The notes under the pieces are model-generated. The model was given only the letters and a program-made list of their open reading frames with translations. It searched no databases and had not been told where the DNA came from. A stretch of DNA of 63,362 bases, the filler included, from Cercozoa sp. M6MM (Eukaryota > Protista > Endomyxa: Ascetosporea), in NCBI GenBank assembly GCA_040357565.1. It is 9 parts of 9 records of this genome, joined end to end, with 100 filler letters (N's around TTAATTAATTAA, not from the genome) between each part and the next. Parts side by side here need not be neighbours in the genome. Positions count along the whole stretch, not along the records: positions 56,225 to 63,362 come from JBDODJ010000654.1; 8 more parts are not named here. One strand, written 5' to 3'. This document shows, piece by piece, positions 60,805 through 63,362 of this stretch. Numbering within the stretch: position 1 is the first letter of the stretch; the number at the start of each line of letters is the position of its first letter. Made by a program: the position numbers and the translations under genes.

Positions 60805-61686
60805 CACAGGAGACACATCGACGACAGAAGGACATCGAACCCAGCGCTTGGTCCAGCGACGCAGATGCTTGCCTCGTCGCCACAATGCGCCGGAGTGCAC
60901 GATACCGGTGCTCTTCTCCTGCAGGGACGAAAAGGTGCAATTCAATGGACACTAAAGATACCTGACCTCATTGAGTTCAGGCAAGAACGTACCCAAGTCG
61001 GATTGGTGAGAATCGACTGGCGCCGATGGATATCATCGACGACATACGACATGCTGCGCTGACTCTGCAGGAGAGATGCAGCTTGTGTACCTTTACTGGT
61101 GACCGTTGTTACTTTCCAATGTATCTCCCGTGAAGCCTGTGCTGCTAAAACAAGCAGAAAATCAACAAAATTGAACAAAAGCGACACACGTGACACACAC
61201 AGACACACGTTTCGTCTAGTGCCAAGGTAGCAGCGTACCTGGCACACAATTGCTACTGTGCTAACGAGGCAATTACTTGGTGCTCCCACGCACGAGTGGC
61301 TCGAGACCACAAGTCTCTTGGGCTATCAGCAGACCGAGTGCTGACCTCTCGCCGGCACACGTGGCTGACAGCAAACCCGGCTGTAATTCCAGACACCTAG
61401 CACGACGTCCTTCCCTCTCGTTTCGTCAAAGCCGACCCCAGGGGATGATCCCTCAGATCATTGCTACCATTGACTCAAGTGCTGGTCCAGTGAGCTGCTG
61501 GACCACAGTGTACTGTACAGGTTTCTCCCGGCTCAGTAGCAACAATAAACAACCAGCGATCGCATCGATGCACCACCTACATCTACTGCACAGTGTAGCG
61601 CAGATAATTCCTCGAGGTGCGACTGCCACAGAGCTCTGGTCGGCCATTTCCGATGGTTCGACCCGGCGGTCGGGGTAGATCAGCAT
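58293..61686 (-). CDS. Tandem PH-domain protein (start uncertain)
   Basis: PH1 HSGALWRRGKHLRRWTKRW...TLVAPTREGAEEWIEKV; PH2 GGYLMKRGRSNTQWKRRFCLLDG...RTYFLAAPSQAEQVNWIQRL; disordered tail to 58293. Confidence 0.82.
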
Positions 61687-61866
61687 GGCCTTATTACGTG
61701 CTGTGCGAAGCCAAGTGAGATGGCGTGGTCGAAAAATAAATAAGACAGGAATTGACACTCGACTGACAGCGGCGTCCTACCGAAGGATCATGAATCGAAT
61801 TACAGGTCTTTGGTGTGCTGTGGCGCGTGTACGGCTGACGGTGCACATGCCATTTTAGCCAACACA

Positions 61867-62611
61867 TCAGCGGCTTCCGCGCTGCATCGGCGGTTTGACG
61901 CGCTCGGCCTCAAGCAGCAGCGCGTACAGCAGCGGGCAGTCGCGCTCCTTGCACTTGAGTGCGTCGGCATCCCTGTAGAGCACAGCCAAATTTTAAAAAA
62001 ACCAGACCGAAAGGAGGGAGAACTGGCTCTGTGCAAACGTACGGAACAGCAGCGGCGACAGCAGCGGCGTCGCTCGGCTCGCCGCGCAGCAGCACCTCGG
62101 CGAACGGCAGCGTGAACACGCGCGGCTGCATGAGGCCCTCGGACGTGGCAGAGAGCTCTGTGGCCAGCTCGGTGGTGTGCTGCTGCAGCGCCTCGGCACC
62201 GCACACGCGCAGAAGCACCATGCCGAGCACAAGGCCGAAGTTGGCAATGTCGAAGTGGAAGTCCGGCTTGTCGATCACGAACTTCTTGAGCGACTCCTTG
62301 GCCTCGTCGACGCCGACATGCGACACCTCCTGCGGCAGCGCCTTCACCACGGCCTCCACGGTGCTCTCGACCATGGCGTGGTCGCCGATGCGCACAGCCT
62401 TGTTGAGACTTGACATGAAGAAGTCGAGCATCACGAGCGCGAGCTCGTGCAGCGTGATGACCGGCACGATCGAGGCCAGCGAGGCGCGCAGCTCGCTGTC
62501 TTCCATGTTGTTGCTCACCATCTCGAGCACCTGACCACGCCAGGAGTATCGCATGCACAGAACACACCGAAAACGCACAGAATACGCATACAGAACACGC
62601 AGAACACGCAG

Positions 62612-62660
<49 letters not shown>

Positions 62661-63312
62661 ACAAAACGCACCTCGAGAGGCAGTCGCTTCAGCACGGCCT
62701 CGCGCTCCTCGGCCGACAGCTCGGGCTTCTCCGCAGCAGCCTGCTCCTCCGGCTGCTTGGCGGCGGCAGACGTCTCCTGCGACTGCGGCTGCGGCGTCTC
62801 GTCGAGCTGCATCTCCTGCACCGGCGTCTTGGCCTCCTGCGGCGCCTGCTCCGGCGTGTCGGGTTCGTCGTCCACGAACTGAGGGGTCAGACATATACAT
62901 ATATACATATCTATATGTATATAAGGGCCAAACCCACAAAACAGAGGGAACGCAGAGAGGAAATGGTACGAACGAGAAACGGTTCACGGGCTTTAGAGCC
63001 TCCTTCTGCTTTTGCTGCTGCTCCTTGCGCTTCTGCGCCAAGAGCTTGCGCCTATGCATCAGATCGTCGGCGCTCTCGGCCTGCGTGCGCCGCTGTGACC
63101 GGCCGCCTGGTCAAGGGGAAGGACATACAGGGTCAGAGTGTCGGGTAGATTTAAAGTGTCGGGTAGAGTCAGAGGGCAGGGTAGCAGATACCTCGACGCT
63201 CTACGCGCGAGCTGCTGCGCGGAGTGCTGCGTCGCTCGCGCGGCGTGCGGTCGCCGCGGCGGTCTCGCGAGGAACGACCGCCGCCGCCGCCACGGTGCGA
63301 CTTGGCCTCCTG
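61867..63312 (-). CDS. C-terminal part of a protein with a helical MA3/MI-like domain (possibly eIF4G-like)
   Basis: Charged linker followed by a helical domain with KPDFHFDIANFGLVLGMVL (cf. MA3 DLxxDIPxAxxxLG); strong codon bias; family call weak. Confidence 0.5.
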
Positions 63313-63313
63313 C

Positions 63314-63362
<49 letters not shown>

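Overview
Eukaryotic (protist-type), very intron-dense nuclear DNA. It is not one locus: nine contigs/scaffolds (1-7768, 7869-18118, 18219-22826, 22927-24392, 24493-45444, 45545-51068, 51169-52285, 52386-56124, 56225-63362) are joined by artificial N44-TTAATTAATTAA-N44 linkers, so adjacency across linkers is meaningless. Genes are split by many short (~30-150 nt) GT-AG introns, so the ORF track is mostly uninformative; gene models here were spliced by hand and all family calls are motif recognition from memory, not database searches. Recognised genes: PqaA/AprA-like secreted hydrolase, DNAAF5/HEATR2, a TRPV-like channel C-terminal half whose key exon is missing from the ORF track, an EF-hand/adenylate-kinase fusion, WDR6, an SLC38-type amino-acid transporter, a DUF442-type sulfurtransferase/phosphatase, a PP1-docking CaaX protein, two PH-domain proteins, GST-zeta, CWF19L2, a SIRT6-like sirtuin, type II PI4K, an atypical protein kinase, a TRRAP-like fragment, acyl-CoA oxidase, a gelsolin/severin first exon and several hypotheticals, plus decayed Tc1- and hAT-like transposase pieces. 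The most notable unexplained structure is (i) a small structured retroposon family: 5 clear copies and 1 possible one, with a shared 3' end, variable 5' truncation, (AACT)n tails, perfect 10-11 bp target-site duplications in three copies and conserved hairpins, always sitting just downstream of gene 3' ends; (ii) gene-sized domains where introns become GGGGTAAA/TTTACCCC arrays while exons and introns fill with CACGTG/GTCAC words; (iii) a fused tRNA-Gly 3' / tRNA-Leu 5' fragment; (iv) two conserved enzymes missing a short conserved peptide exactly at an intron.
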